Shown here: piece by piece, positions 22,798 through 33,208 of the stretch
Layout of the letters: each line of letters opens with the position of its first letter
Position numbering within the stretch: the first letter of the stretch is position 1
NCBI GenBank assembly: GCA_963668315.1
Contig: OY764216.1
Coordinates: 928,001-992,000, forward strand
Direction of reading: 5' to 3'
From: Spirochaetia bacterium
GTDB lineage: Bacteria > Spirochaetota > Spirochaetia > DSM-2461
Length of the DNA stretch: 64,000 bases
Program-made: the position numbers and the translations under genes
The notes under the pieces: model-generated
Database searches by the model: none
The model's input: only the letters and a program-made list of their open reading frames with translations
What the model was told of the DNA's origin: nothing

Positions 22798-23727
22798 ATG
22801 CAAAAGCAAGGAATGAAAGCCAAATTAAGCAATGGGCAGTACAAACAGTCGCTAATTGATTCTTTGGCGGGACTTGGAATGATCGCTCCGACCATAATTG
22901 GATTGATTATCCTGAATATTTACCCCTTCCTGAGGACCGTCTGGATGAGTTTTCATAAATCCGGGTCCTTTGGAAAGTGGACTTTTATCGGCATGAAGAA
23001 TTACGCCGATATGTTCTCTTCCTCTGATTTTTGGAGGTATACGGGAAACACGATGATGTTCGCCCTGTTCACGGTTCCTCTGACGATCATGATCGCCATG
23101 TTCATCGCCGTCTTGCTGAATCAGAAGATAGGAGGTAAAGCTATCTTCCGGGGAATCTATTTTCTGCCCATGGTGGTAGCTCCCGCAGCTATCGCCATGG
23201 TATGGAAGTGGATGCTCAATACCGAATTCGGCATTGTGAATATCATTCTGGGCTATCTGGGTGTGGCGACGAAAGTTAACTGGATCACGAATCCGAATAC
23301 CGTTCTTTTCGCCTGTTCCGTCGTCACCATCTGGAGCAGCATCGGCTATGACGCCATTTTGCTTCTTTCCGGTCTTCAGTCCATTCCCACCACCTATTAT
23401 GAGGCGGCAACAATAGACGGAGCCTCTCCGGTAAGAAAATTTTTCTCTATTACCCTCCCCATGGTTTCTCCCACAATGTTCTTCGTTGTGATAATGAGGA
23501 TTATGGCGGCCATTAAAATCTTCGATGTCATCTATATGATGGTCGAGCAGACGAATCCGGCCATAAAGAATGCGAAGAGCCTTATGTACTACTTCTACAG
23601 GGAGTCTTTTGTTATGAATAACAAAGGCTACGGTTCGGCTCTGGCGCTTTGGATGGTTCTGATCATCGCCCTGGTTACTTATGTGCAGTTTCTTGGTCAG
23701 AAGAAATGGGTCAACTACGACGTTTGA
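22798..23727 (+). CDS. Carbohydrate ABC transporter permease (MalF-like)
   Basis: EAA loop YYEAATIDGAS, ITLPMVSPT. Confidence 0.92.
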   Translation: MQKQGMKAKLSNGQYKQSLIDSLAGLGMIAPTIIGLIILNIYPFLRTVWMSFHKSGSFGKWTFIGMKNYADMFSSSDFWRYTGNTMMFALFTVPLTIMIAMFIAVLLNQKIGGKAIFRGIYFLPMVVAPAAIAMVWKWMLNTEFGIVNIILGYLGVATKVNWITNPNTVLFACSVVTIWSSIGYDAILLLSGLQSIPTTYYEAATIDGASPVRKFFSITLPMVSPTMFFVVIMRIMAAIKIFDVIYMMVEQTNPAIKNAKSLMYYFYRESFVMNNKGYGSALALWMVLIIALVTYVQFLGQKKWVNYDV

Positions 23728-23744
23728 CAGGCGGGGATAGATAA

Positions 23745-24572
23745 ATGAAACAAAATACAAAGATTAATACCATAGCGTACGCATTACTGATATTCGGAAG
23801 TGTCATAATGATCTTTCCTTTTATCTGGATGCTCTTCACCAGCTTCAAAACGGTTCCCGAAACAACTCTGATCCCTCCGCAGCTGTTTCCTGACAGTTTC
23901 GCCAACTTTTCCGCCTACAAACAGGCCACAACAAGTCTGCCCTTTCTGAATTTGTACTATAATACGATTTCCATGATCTTGTTCAGAATCATATGCGCGG
24001 CTGTGTTTTCCTCCCTGGCGGCTTACGCCTTTGCTAAGATCAATTTTCCCTTGAAGAATCTTTTCTTCGCCATCGTGATCTCCCAGCTGATGTTTCCGCC
24101 CCAGATATATATTATCCCCCAGTACGAGATGATAGCGAAGATGGGAAGAGCCGATTCTATCTTTGCGCTTGTTTTTCCGGGACTGGTAAGTGCTTTCGGA
24201 ACGTTTTTCCTGAGGCAGGCTCACATGGGGATACCTAATGATCTGATTGAGGCGACGAGGATTGACGGATGCGGGCATCTTAAGACTTTCTGGGTGATCG
24301 CCGTGCCGCTTACCAAGACACCCCTTGCCGCTCTATCGGTTTTTACCGCTTTGTTTGCCTACGGCGATCTCATGTGGCCGCTCATCGTAAACACGAAAAC
24401 GGAGATGTTGACTCTGGCTTCCGGGCTTTCAACCCTCAAGGGGCAGTTTGCCGTTAATTATCCGAACCTTATGGCCGGTTCCGTGCTGGCGATGATTCCC
24501 ATGATAATTATTTATTTGATATTCCAGAAACAGTTTATTGAGGGAATTGCCTTGACCGGAACAAAATCATAG
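23745..24572 (+). CDS. Carbohydrate ABC transporter permease (MalG-like)
   Basis: LIEATRIDGC, WPLIV, QKQFIEGI. Confidence 0.92.
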   Translation: MKQNTKINTIAYALLIFGSVIMIFPFIWMLFTSFKTVPETTLIPPQLFPDSFANFSAYKQATTSLPFLNLYYNTISMILFRIICAAVFSSLAAYAFAKINFPLKNLFFAIVISQLMFPPQIYIIPQYEMIAKMGRADSIFALVFPGLVSAFGTFFLRQAHMGIPNDLIEATRIDGCGHLKTFWVIAVPLTKTPLAALSVFTALFAYGDLMWPLIVNTKTEMLTLASGLSTLKGQFAVNYPNLMAGSVLAMIPMIIIYLIFQKQFIEGIALTGTKS

Positions 24573-24607
24573 TTTCTAAAATACGTCACTTTCACGAGGA
24601 GAATAGC

Positions 24608-26083
24608 ATGGAAAAAAAGATCAAAATAGCCTTCATAGGCGCGGGCAGTCTGGTATTTGCCAGAACGCTTTTCACGGATATCATATCGGTCCCCGAACTA
24701 CAGGACTGCGATATCTCTTTCACCGATATCAACAAGGGTAACCTGGAAAAGGTGAAGGACCTGTGCCAGCGCGATCTGGATGCCGCCGGGATCGGGATAA
24801 AAATTCAGACGTCCACTGACAGGAGAGAGGCTTTTGCCGGGGCCAAATACATCATCAACCTTGTAAGAATCGGCGGTCTGGAAGCCTTCGAGACCGATAT
24901 CGATATACCCCTGAAGTACGGCGTCGACCAGTGCGTGGGCGATACGCTCTGCACCGGCGGTATCATGTACGGGCAGAGGGTCATCAACGAGATGCTGAAT
25001 TTCTGCAAGGACATCAGAGAGGTCGCCGCCCCGGACGCTCTCCTTTTGAATTATTCCAACCCCAACGCCATGGCCACCTGGGCCTGCAACAAATACGGCA
25101 AAGTCAACACCATCGGCCTGTGCCACGGCGAGATCCACGGGGAGCACCAGATTGCCGAAGTGTTGGATATTCCCCACGAAGAGCTGGATATCATCTGCGC
25201 CGGCATCAATCACCAGACCTGGTACACATCGGTGAAGCACAAGGGTGAGGATATGCTGGGCAAGCTGCTCGCCGGCTTCGAGGCCCATGAGAAATTCAGC
25301 GAGGAGGAGAAGGTCCGCATCGATATTCTCAAGCGATTCGGCTACTACTCCACCGAATCGAACGGGCACCTCTCCGAGTACGTGGCCTGGTACAGGAAAC
25401 GTCCCGATGAGATCGAGCAGTGGATCAATCTGGACAGCTGGATCAACGGGGAGACCGGCGGCTACCTGAGAGTCACTCGGGAGGAGCGTAACTGGTTTGA
25501 TACGGAGTATCCCAAGCTTCTCGAAGAGCCCTGCAAGAAGTTCGACGGCAGCGACCGGGGAAAGGAGCACTGCTCCTACATCATCGAGTCTCTGGAAACG
25601 GGCCGCCCCTACCGGGGGCACTTCAACGTGATGAACGAAGGATGCATCACCAATCTTCCCGCCGAATCGGTGGTGGAAGTGCCCTGTTACGTGGACGGCA
25701 ACGGAATCTCCGTTCCCCGGGTGGGCGACTTGCCCCTGGGATGCGCGGCGGTCTGTTCCCAGTCCATCTGGGTACAGAAACTGGCCGTGGAAGCCGCTGT
25801 GGCGGGAGACGAGACGCTTTTGAAGCAGGCGGCTCTGATGGATCCCCTGACCGGGGCGGTCTGCAATCCCCCGGAAGTCTGGCAGATGATCGACGAGATG
25901 CTTATCGCCCAGGAGAAGTGGCTGCCCCAGTACGGCAAGGCTATTGAAGCGGCGAAGGCGCGGTTCGCGAAGGGCGGTCTGATTAAGACCAACGAAGGCT
26001 ACCGGGGCGCCGTCCGCATCAAGGACAAGACCATCGAGGAGATCTCCAAAGAGAGGGAGAGCCGCACCATAACGGCGGAATAG
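24608..26083 (+). CDS. melA: NAD-dependent alpha-galactosidase, GH4
   Basis: IGAGS, KYGVDQCVGDT, NYSNP, GLCHG, AGINH, TESNGHLSEY, DPLTGAVC. Confidence 0.9.
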   Translation: MEKKIKIAFIGAGSLVFARTLFTDIISVPELQDCDISFTDINKGNLEKVKDLCQRDLDAAGIGIKIQTSTDRREAFAGAKYIINLVRIGGLEAFETDIDIPLKYGVDQCVGDTLCTGGIMYGQRVINEMLNFCKDIREVAAPDALLLNYSNPNAMATWACNKYGKVNTIGLCHGEIHGEHQIAEVLDIPHEELDIICAGINHQTWYTSVKHKGEDMLGKLLAGFEAHEKFSEEEKVRIDILKRFGYYSTESNGHLSEYVAWYRKRPDEIEQWINLDSWINGETGGYLRVTREERNWFDTEYPKLLEEPCKKFDGSDRGKEHCSYIIESLETGRPYRGHFNVMNEGCITNLPAESVVEVPCYVDGNGISVPRVGDLPLGCAAVCSQSIWVQKLAVEAAVAGDETLLKQAALMDPLTGAVCNPPEVWQMIDEMLIAQEKWLPQYGKAIEAAKARFAKGGLIKTNEGYRGAVRIKDKTIEEISKERESRTITAE

Positions 26084-26087
26084 GACT

Positions 26088-26981
26088 CTATGCGGGGACC
26101 GGCCGGTTTATCGCGGAGAGCTCTTTCGTCATCTGACGGAACTCCCGGGGTGAATGGCCGGTCGTCTTTCTAAACTGCCGGCTGAAGTAATTGCTGTCCC
26201 CGAAACCGCAGAGGGCGGCAATCTCTCCGATGGGGGCGTCGGTGTTCATCAGCTGGGCCTTGGCCGCCTGGACACGCAGGCTCAAAAGGTACTGCACCGG
26301 GGACATTCCATAGAGGGAAAGGAAGAGCCTCTGGAACTGCCGGAGGGAGATATTCGCTTTCTCCGCGATCTCCGGAACGCGAATATCCCGGGTGAAATTC
26401 TCCTCCATATAGGCCAGCCCGTGACCGAGCCGGGCGGTGGTGTCGTCGGAAATGTGCTTGGGATGTTCATAGCTCCTGGTGATCGTCACGGCCAGATCGA
26501 GAAAGCTGGACTTGAGCTTGGCCTGATACCCGGGACGCCTGTTATCATACTCGTCGGTCATGCTCTCCAGAAGCTTCCGGCATTTCACCAGTTCCGCGGC
26601 GGAGAGCTGATGGCAGTTTATCTGTTTTTTCGGTCCCGATTCATGCTCCATGACAAAGAGGTACTGGAAGCCGGGGAGGGCTCTCAGATCGCCCAGAAAC
26701 GTCAGCATATCTTCACCAAACATAATCACGTTAACGATTTCCAGATCCTTGTTGTCAAAATACCCATGCTCGTCCTTGGGTTTGACCACGAAGGTCGTGC
26801 CCGGTGAAATCCGGTGGGACATGCCGTTCAGCCGGTGGGTCCCCGTGCCTCCCAGAACGATGACCAGTTCGCTGAAGTCATGCTTGTGCAGGGGGTAATC
26901 TCCCTTCATGCAGGATCTGGTAAGACCCAGGGGAGATTGGGAATCGTTGATTATATCCCGGTACATCCAGGTGTGGTTCAT
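26088..26981 (-). CDS. AraC family regulator (RhaR-like), divergent from uxuA
   Basis: HKHDFSELVIV; CGFGDSNYFSRQFRKTTGHSPREFR. Confidence 0.9.
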   Translation of the reverse strand: MNHTWMYRDIINDSQSPLGLTRSCMKGDYPLHKHDFSELVIVLGGTGTHRLNGMSHRISPGTTFVVKPKDEHGYFDNKDLEIVNVIMFGEDMLTFLGDLRALPGFQYLFVMEHESGPKKQINCHQLSAAELVKCRKLLESMTDEYDNRRPGYQAKLKSSFLDLAVTITRSYEHPKHISDDTTARLGHGLAYMEENFTRDIRVPEIAEKANISLRQFQRLFLSLYGMSPVQYLLSLRVQAAKAQLMNTDAPIGEIAALCGFGDSNYFSRQFRKTTGHSPREFRQMTKELSAINRPVPA

Positions 26982-27124
26982 GTCGTAATTATGCTAAAAT
27001 ATGACTTAAAATGCAAGGAAAATTACCGTAGGATAGGCCACAATAAGGGAAATTCCAAAGTCGGGGCGAGACAGACCGGTGCAGATCGGCTTAAAGGGCT
27101 TCGTCCTTTGTCAGGAGAAAAACG

Positions 27125-28198
27125 ATGAATATGACCTGGAGATGGTTCGGCGAAGGGAATGACAGTATTTCCCTTGAGCAGATAAAGCAGATTCCCGGAG
27201 TGGAGGGAATCGTATGGTCTCTCCATGATATTCCCGCCGGAGAAGACTGGCCGGAAGAGAGGATCGAAGAGGTCCTCGGGCAGATCAGAAAGCTCGGATT
27301 CAACGGGGACGTGGTGGAAAGCGTAAATATTCACGACGCCATTAAAATCGGCCTTCCCGAGAGAGATAAATACATCGATAACTACATTTCGACGATCAGG
27401 AAGCTCGGCAAAGCCGGCGTCAAAGTTATCTGTTACAACTTCATGCCCGTATTCGACTGGGTCAGAACCGATCTCTACAGGAAAGCCGAGGACGGCTCCA
27501 ACGCTCTTTTTTACGAGAAGGCTCTGGCCGAGAGGGATCCGAAGGAACTGATTAAGGACGTTCTGGGCGGGGCCAAGGATTTCACCCTGCCCGGGTGGGA
27601 ACCGGAAAGACTGGCTTCCATCGAGAATCTTTTCGCCGCCTACAAAGAGGTGGATGAGGAGAAGCTGACGGAAAACTGCAAGTATTTCCTGGAAAGGATC
27701 ATTCCCGCCTGCGAGGAGTTCGGCGTGAGAATGGCCGTACATCCCGACGATCCGCCCTGGCCCATCTACGGGCTTCCACGGATCGTGCGGAGCGCCGATC
27801 ATATCCGCCGCTATCTGAGCCTGGTCGACAGCCCCAGCAACGGCCTGACCTTCTGCACCGGTTCCCTCGGAGCCAACGGGGATAACGACCTTCTTGCCAT
27901 GGCAGAGGAATTTCACGACCGCATCGCCTTCGTTCATCTTCGGAACCTGAAGAGAAACGACAAGGGCGATTTTATAGAATCGAGCCATAAAACATCCGAC
28001 GGTGATGTTGATATGGCCGGATTAATGGAATTGTTCCACAGAAATGGTTACAATGGATATATTAGACCCGATCACGGACGTCATATCTGGGGTGAAGAAT
28101 CAGAATGCCGTCCCGGGTACGGGCTGTATGACAGAGCGCTGGGAGTGATGTATCTCCAGGGGCTCTGGGATGCCTACGCACAGGGAGATAAGAAATGA
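27125..28198 (+). CDS. uxuA: Mannonate dehydratase
   Basis: MTWRWFG, VESVNIH, CYNFMPVFDWVRT, LPGW, HPDDPP, CTGSLG, RPDHGR, PGYGLYDRALG. Confidence 0.96.
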   Translation: MNMTWRWFGEGNDSISLEQIKQIPGVEGIVWSLHDIPAGEDWPEERIEEVLGQIRKLGFNGDVVESVNIHDAIKIGLPERDKYIDNYISTIRKLGKAGVKVICYNFMPVFDWVRTDLYRKAEDGSNALFYEKALAERDPKELIKDVLGGAKDFTLPGWEPERLASIENLFAAYKEVDEEKLTENCKYFLERIIPACEEFGVRMAVHPDDPPWPIYGLPRIVRSADHIRRYLSLVDSPSNGLTFCTGSLGANGDNDLLAMAEEFHDRIAFVHLRNLKRNDKGDFIESSHKTSDGDVDMAGLMELFHRNGYNGYIRPDHGRHIWGEESECRPGYGLYDRALGVMYLQGLWDAYAQGDKK

Positions 28199-29796
28199 AA
28201 CTGACACTAGCAGACAAGAAAGCCGGCAACTGGGCCGGTTGGGAAGGAGAACTTCCCCGGTTCGATATCGAGGAAATGAGAAAGAAGACCAAGGCCAGCC
28301 CCGAATGGGTTCACTTCGGCGCGGGTAATATCTTCCGCGGATTCGTCTCTTCCAATCATCAGAAACTGCTGGAAGCGGGTAAGGCCAGTACCGGTATCAT
28401 CGCCGTGGAAACCTTCGACTATGAGATCATCGAGAAAATTTACGAGCCCTTTGATAACCTGACTCTCAACGTGACCGCTCTGTCCGACGGAAAACTGGAA
28501 AAAGAGATTCTCGCCGGAATCGCCGAGGCCCTGACGGGAGACTTTTCCAACGCCGCCCACAAAGCCAGACTGGAAGAGATCTTCACCCATAAGGATCTGA
28601 AGATGGTAAGCTTCACCATCACAGAGAAGGGTTATGCCCTTACCGATGGAAAGGGTGACCTTCTGAACATCGTCAAAGAGGACATGGAAAGAGGCCCCGA
28701 AGGAGCCCGCCATGTGATGGCCATCCTCACCGCCCTTATGTACAAGCGTTTCAAAGCGGGCGAGCTTCCCGTGGCTCTGGTGAGCATGGACAACTGCTCC
28801 CATAACGGCGAGAAACTGCAGAATGCCGTTCTTCAGATGACCGAAGAGTGGGAGAAACGGGGACTGACAGAACCGGCTTTCACCGCCTATATGAAAAACG
28901 GTTCCAAAGTGTCTTTTCCCTGGAGCATGATCGACCGGATCACTCCCCGTCCCAACGAGGGCATCAAAGAGCTCCTCGAGAAGGAAGGCTGGGAAGATAT
29001 GGACGTGGTCATCACAGGCAAAAGCACCTACATCGCGCCCTTCGTCAACGCCGAAGAGACCCGCTACCTCTTCATCGAGGACTCTTTTCCCAACGGAAAG
29101 CTCCCCCTGGATGAAACGGACGGTATCTGGTTCACCGACCGGGAAACGGTCAACAAGGTGGAGACCATGAAGGTCACCACCTGTCTGAACCCCCTCCACA
29201 CGGCCATCGCCTGCATCGGTTCCCTGATGAACTACACCCTGGTGTCCAAAGCCGTTCAGGATAAGGATATCGATAGGCTGATCCACCTTATCGGCTATGA
29301 AGAGGGCCTTCCCGTCGTAACCGACCCGGGCATCATCAAGCCCAGGGACTTCCTGGATCAGGTTTACCTGAAGAGGTTCCCCAACCCTTATATCCCCGAT
29401 GCTCCCCAGAGGATCGCCACGGACACCTCCATGAAAGTGGGCATCCGTTTCGGCGAGACGATTAAATCCTACGTGGCCGCTTCCGATAAGGACGCTTCCT
29501 CCCTCGTGGGTATTCCCCTGGCTATCGCCGGCTGGTTTCGCTACCTCCTGGCCGTGGACGAGGAGGGCAAGCCCATGGATGTCAGCTCCGATCCCCGCAA
29601 GGATGAGATCCAGAGCCGGCTGAACATGGCCGAACCCTTCGGAAAGCCCGCCGATCTGAAAGAGTTCCTGACCAGCAAGGAGATCTTCGGTTCCGACTTG
29701 GTAGCCGCCGGTCTGGGCGAGAAGATTCAGGGTTACTTCGAAGAGATGTGTGCCGGTCCCGGCGCCGTCCGCGAGGTTCTGAAGAAATATCTCTAA
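28195..29796 (+). CDS. uxuB: Mannitol-dehydrogenase family protein, probably D-mannonate oxidoreductase (fructuronate reductase)
   Basis: WVHFGAGNIFRG, SFTITEKGY, SMDNCSHNG, MIDRITP, KVTTCLNPLH, QRIATDTS; ATGA overlap with uxuA. Confidence 0.85.
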   Translation: MKLTLADKKAGNWAGWEGELPRFDIEEMRKKTKASPEWVHFGAGNIFRGFVSSNHQKLLEAGKASTGIIAVETFDYEIIEKIYEPFDNLTLNVTALSDGKLEKEILAGIAEALTGDFSNAAHKARLEEIFTHKDLKMVSFTITEKGYALTDGKGDLLNIVKEDMERGPEGARHVMAILTALMYKRFKAGELPVALVSMDNCSHNGEKLQNAVLQMTEEWEKRGLTEPAFTAYMKNGSKVSFPWSMIDRITPRPNEGIKELLEKEGWEDMDVVITGKSTYIAPFVNAEETRYLFIEDSFPNGKLPLDETDGIWFTDRETVNKVETMKVTTCLNPLHTAIACIGSLMNYTLVSKAVQDKDIDRLIHLIGYEEGLPVVTDPGIIKPRDFLDQVYLKRFPNPYIPDAPQRIATDTSMKVGIRFGETIKSYVAASDKDASSLVGIPLAIAGWFRYLLAVDEEGKPMDVSSDPRKDEIQSRLNMAEPFGKPADLKEFLTSKEIFGSDLVAAGLGEKIQGYFEEMCAGPGAVREVLKKYL

Positions 29797-29802
29797 AACC
29801 TG

Positions 29803-29828
29803 CTGCCGGGTCTTTTCAGATCCGGCAG
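29803..29828. terminator. Hairpin between convergent uxuB and AraC genes
   Basis: CTGCCGGGTCT-TTTC-AGATCCGGCAG, 11-bp stem including one G-U pair. Confidence 0.6.
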
Positions 29829-29832
29829 ACTC

Positions 29833-30660
29833 CTAGATAAGGTCCGCTCCTCCCGAGGAGATAAGGGCCTTGTTCTTGTAGGAATTGGGGGAGAGTCCCG
29901 TCATTCTCTTGAACGTTTTGCTGAAGTAATAGATATCGGAGAAACCCGTTTTGTCCGAGACCTCCCCCACCGTATACTCTCCCGTTTCCAGAAGGGAGGC
30001 GGCCTTGTTTATCCTCACATGGTTGATGAAGTCGGAAATCCCCGTCCCTTCGGTTTTTTTGAAAAGGGAGCCGCAGTAGGCCGGGTGGAGCTTTGCTTTC
30101 CGGGCGAGGGAGGAGATGGTCAGCTTTTTGTCGTAATTCTGAAGGATGTGGCGCTTGATGATTTCCACATGGGCGTTCAGCGGGGCTTCCCGGTTTTCGT
30201 AAACCACTTTATGCAGAATAAGGGAGAAAAGCGCCTGGCACTTCATCTGGTAGCCCGGCCGTTTCTGGAGCCATTCGAAATCCAGTTCGGTAAAAAGACT
30301 CAGGAAATCCCCCAGACCCCCGGTGGCTGTCACTTCGGGCAGGTCGAGCGATTCGTCGTCGTTCAGCAGAAAATCCAGGGAGACGCAGGTCATGCCCCGG
30401 GTCGTGGCGCTGCGGATGCTTCCCGGCGCCAGAAAGAGAATGTCCCCTTCTTCCACCGTCCTCGGTCTGCCGTTGATGATATAGTCGGCGCTCCCCTTGA
30501 GGACGAACAGCAGATCATAGAAAAGAATCTCCTGCTCGTTGATCTGCCAGTTGGGAAGGCACTCCTTTTTCACGAAGTAGCAGAGCCTCGGATGGAGAGC
30601 GGGTGCCAGCTCCGTTTCGTGGAATATACTGGGTCTTTCATTGTTCAGGGATTCATCCAT
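29833..30660 (-). CDS. AraC family regulator
   Basis: YDLLFVLKG cupin; TGFSDIYYFSKTFKRMTGLSPNSYK. Confidence 0.9.
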   Translation of the reverse strand: MDESLNNERPSIFHETELAPALHPRLCYFVKKECLPNWQINEQEILFYDLLFVLKGSADYIINGRPRTVEEGDILFLAPGSIRSATTRGMTCVSLDFLLNDDESLDLPEVTATGGLGDFLSLFTELDFEWLQKRPGYQMKCQALFSLILHKVVYENREAPLNAHVEIIKRHILQNYDKKLTISSLARKAKLHPAYCGSLFKKTEGTGISDFINHVRINKAASLLETGEYTVGEVSDKTGFSDIYYFSKTFKRMTGLSPNSYKNKALISSGGADLI

Positions 30661-30780
30661 GGAGGCTTCCTCGTCTGTTATCTTTAATTATTACAAATAA
30701 AATATACTTGACTCATTTTCTTGTAAAGTAGGATGTGCTAGTTTTATTCCTATTATATTAATACGGAGGAGTTTAGGTTT

Positions 30781-31944
30781 ATGATGAATGTTGCCGTAAT
30801 AGGAACGGGAAACATCGCTCCCAATCATATAGAGGGGCTTTTAGAATTTCCCGATAGGTGCCGCATCACCGCCCTTGTTGATATCTATCCCGAGAAGGCC
30901 GAGGCGATGAAAAAGCGTTTCGGACTGGACTGCCGGATTTTTGATTCCCATGAAAAACTGCTTGCTTCGGACGTCCCCTTTGACCTGGTTCACGTGTGTA
31001 CTCCCCCCTACGTACATGCCCCTATCGCCGTAGATATGATGGATGCGGGAAAAAACGTGGTTGTGGAGAAGCCCATGGCCGCCTCGCTGGAAGAGTGCGA
31101 CAGAATGAACGAAGCGGAGAAGAGAAACGGCGTGGTCATGGCCTGTATCGCCCAGAACCGTTTCCGCGATTCCATATATAAGCTTAAGAAGACCCTGGAC
31201 GGAGGAAAGGCGGGCAAACTGCGCGTGGCCCATGTGAACTCCCTCTGGTGGCGGGGACACTGCTACTACGATCTCTGGTGGAGAGGTCTCTGGGAAAAGG
31301 AGGGCGGCGGTCCGACCCTTAACCATGCTGTTCACCACATCGATATGATCAACTGGATCCAGGGCGAGCTTCCCGCGGAAGTGACCGCTGTTCTGGGAAA
31401 CGTGATGCACGATAACTCGGAAGTGGAAGACGTTTCCTTTGCCGCCCTGCGCTATAAGGACGGCTCCATGGCTCAGGTGACAAGTTCCGTTGTTCATCAC
31501 GGTGAAGAGCAGGGGCTGGTCCTCCAGTGCGAGAAAGCGAAAATCGAGGCCCCCTGGGATACCTACGCCAGCACTTCCCTCCAGAACGGCTTCCCCGAAA
31601 GAAACGAGACTCTGGAAAAGGAGCTGAATGACGATTACGAGGCTATGCCCAACCTGAAGTATGAAGGGCATACCGGCGAGATCGATGATATTCTGAACGC
31701 CCTGGAGAAGGGAGAACGTCCCATGATTACCGGGGAGGACGGACGGAAGACGGTGGAACTGATTTCGGCCATCTACAAGTCGGGATGCCGGAAGGAGACC
31801 GTTACTCTGCCCTTGAGCAAGGATGACGATTTTTATACTTTCCAGGGAATCCTGGATAATGCTGTCAGGTTTTACAAGAAAACATCGAATGTAGAGAATT
31901 TCGCCGCGGAGGAAATAACCGTGGGCAATTACAAAGATAAGTGA
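30781..31944 (+). CDS. Gfo/Idh/MocA family oxidoreductase
   Basis: VIGTGNI, CTPPYVH, VEKPMA, WRGLWEKEGGG, NHAVHHID. Confidence 0.9.
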   Translation: MMNVAVIGTGNIAPNHIEGLLEFPDRCRITALVDIYPEKAEAMKKRFGLDCRIFDSHEKLLASDVPFDLVHVCTPPYVHAPIAVDMMDAGKNVVVEKPMAASLEECDRMNEAEKRNGVVMACIAQNRFRDSIYKLKKTLDGGKAGKLRVAHVNSLWWRGHCYYDLWWRGLWEKEGGGPTLNHAVHHIDMINWIQGELPAEVTAVLGNVMHDNSEVEDVSFAALRYKDGSMAQVTSSVVHHGEEQGLVLQCEKAKIEAPWDTYASTSLQNGFPERNETLEKELNDDYEAMPNLKYEGHTGEIDDILNALEKGERPMITGEDGRKTVELISAIYKSGCRKETVTLPLSKDDDFYTFQGILDNAVRFYKKTSNVENFAAEEITVGNYKDK

Positions 31945-31954
31945 GGTTGATTTT

Positions 31955-33028
31955 ATGGCTAAGAAGGAAGGATTAAACTACGCTCCCAAGGGAAAACCCA
32001 ATCCTGTTGTTAAGGAAGGGGAGTTCGTATTCGCCGCTGTGGGACTCGATCACGGTCATATCTACGGCATGTCCAACGGTCTGGTGGAGGCGGGAGCCAC
32101 CCTCAAATGGGTTTACGATCCCGATTCCGAGAAGGTTAAGGCCTTTATGAAGGCTTTTCCCCAGGTCAAGGCGGCCGACTCGGAAGAGCAGGTTCTTTCC
32201 GATGATGAAGTGAAGCTCGTCGCCGGGGCATGCATAACCTCCGAACGGGCCGATCTGGGCGTGCGCGTTATGAAGGCGGGCAAGGACTATTTTACCGACA
32301 AGGCTCCCCTGACGACCCTGGAGCAGCTGGATATAGTTAAGAAGGTCTGTGCCGAGACGGGTAAAAAATACGCCGTCAGCTACAGCGAGCGTCTTCAGGT
32401 GGAAAGTGCCGTTTTCGCCGGCGAACTGATAGAGCAGGGCGCCATCGGTAAAGTCGTCCAGGTTCTGGGACTGGGGCCGCACCGGCTTTCCGCCGACAAG
32501 AGACCGGCCTGGTTCTTCGAAAAGGAGAAATACGGCGGTATCCTGTGCGATATCGGAAGCCACCAGATAGAGCAGTTCCTCTTCTATACGGGAGCCACCG
32601 ACGCCACGATCGTCTCCAGTCAGATCGCCAACTACAGCCATCCCGAATACCCCGAACTGGACGATTTCGGCGATTGTACCGTGGTGGGAAACAATGGGGC
32701 CACCGGGTATTTCCGGGTCGACTGGTTCACCCCCGACGGTCTCTCCACCTGGGGTGACGGACGTATGTTCATCCTGGGAACCGAGGGTTATATCGAGCTC
32801 AGAAAGTATGTGGATGTGGCCCGGTCGGAAGAGGAAAACCATGTTTTCCTCGTGAACGGGGAAGGCGAAAAATACATTAACGTCAACGGTAAAGTGGGAT
32901 TTCCCTTCTTCGGACAGCTTGTCCTTGACTGTATCAACAGAACGGAAAACGCCATGACCCAGGAACACGCTTTCAAAGCGGCCGAGTTGTGTGTGAAAGC
33001 ACAGATGGCGGCGAAGAAGATTTCCTGA
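31955..33028 (+). CDS. Gfo/Idh/MocA family oxidoreductase (YteT-like)
   Basis: VGLDHGHIY, FTDKAP, YSERL, GPHRL, DIGSHQ, VDWFTPDGL..WGDGR. Confidence 0.88.
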   Translation: MAKKEGLNYAPKGKPNPVVKEGEFVFAAVGLDHGHIYGMSNGLVEAGATLKWVYDPDSEKVKAFMKAFPQVKAADSEEQVLSDDEVKLVAGACITSERADLGVRVMKAGKDYFTDKAPLTTLEQLDIVKKVCAETGKKYAVSYSERLQVESAVFAGELIEQGAIGKVVQVLGLGPHRLSADKRPAWFFEKEKYGGILCDIGSHQIEQFLFYTGATDATIVSSQIANYSHPEYPELDDFGDCTVVGNNGATGYFRVDWFTPDGLSTWGDGRMFILGTEGYIELRKYVDVARSEEENHVFLVNGEGEKYINVNGKVGFPFFGQLVLDCINRTENAMTQEHAFKAAELCVKAQMAAKKIS

Positions 33029-33046
33029 TTCCCCGTGTGTTGAGAG

Positions 33047-33081
33047 AAAGCTTCCGGTTTCTACCCGGAAGCTTTTTTTTT
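33047..33081 (+). terminator. Intrinsic terminator
   Basis: AAAGCTTCCGG / CCGGAAGCTTT stem, T9 tract. Confidence 0.85.
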
Positions 33082-33208
33082 GCATTTTTCCGCAAATTTC
33101 TGAACTTTTTCCTGGGAAATCTAAAAAATGTCCAAGTCTTGATAAAATACGTACATCTCCTTATGGGAAAAACGGGCTCATAATTGAATCATCTTTAAGG
33201 AGGTGTTT

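Noticed and set aside
27990..28200. A/T-richer patch at the 3' end of uxuA as a possible internal promoter or recombination patch
   Set aside because: TACAAT is present but has no convincing -35; the patch is too short to judge by eye
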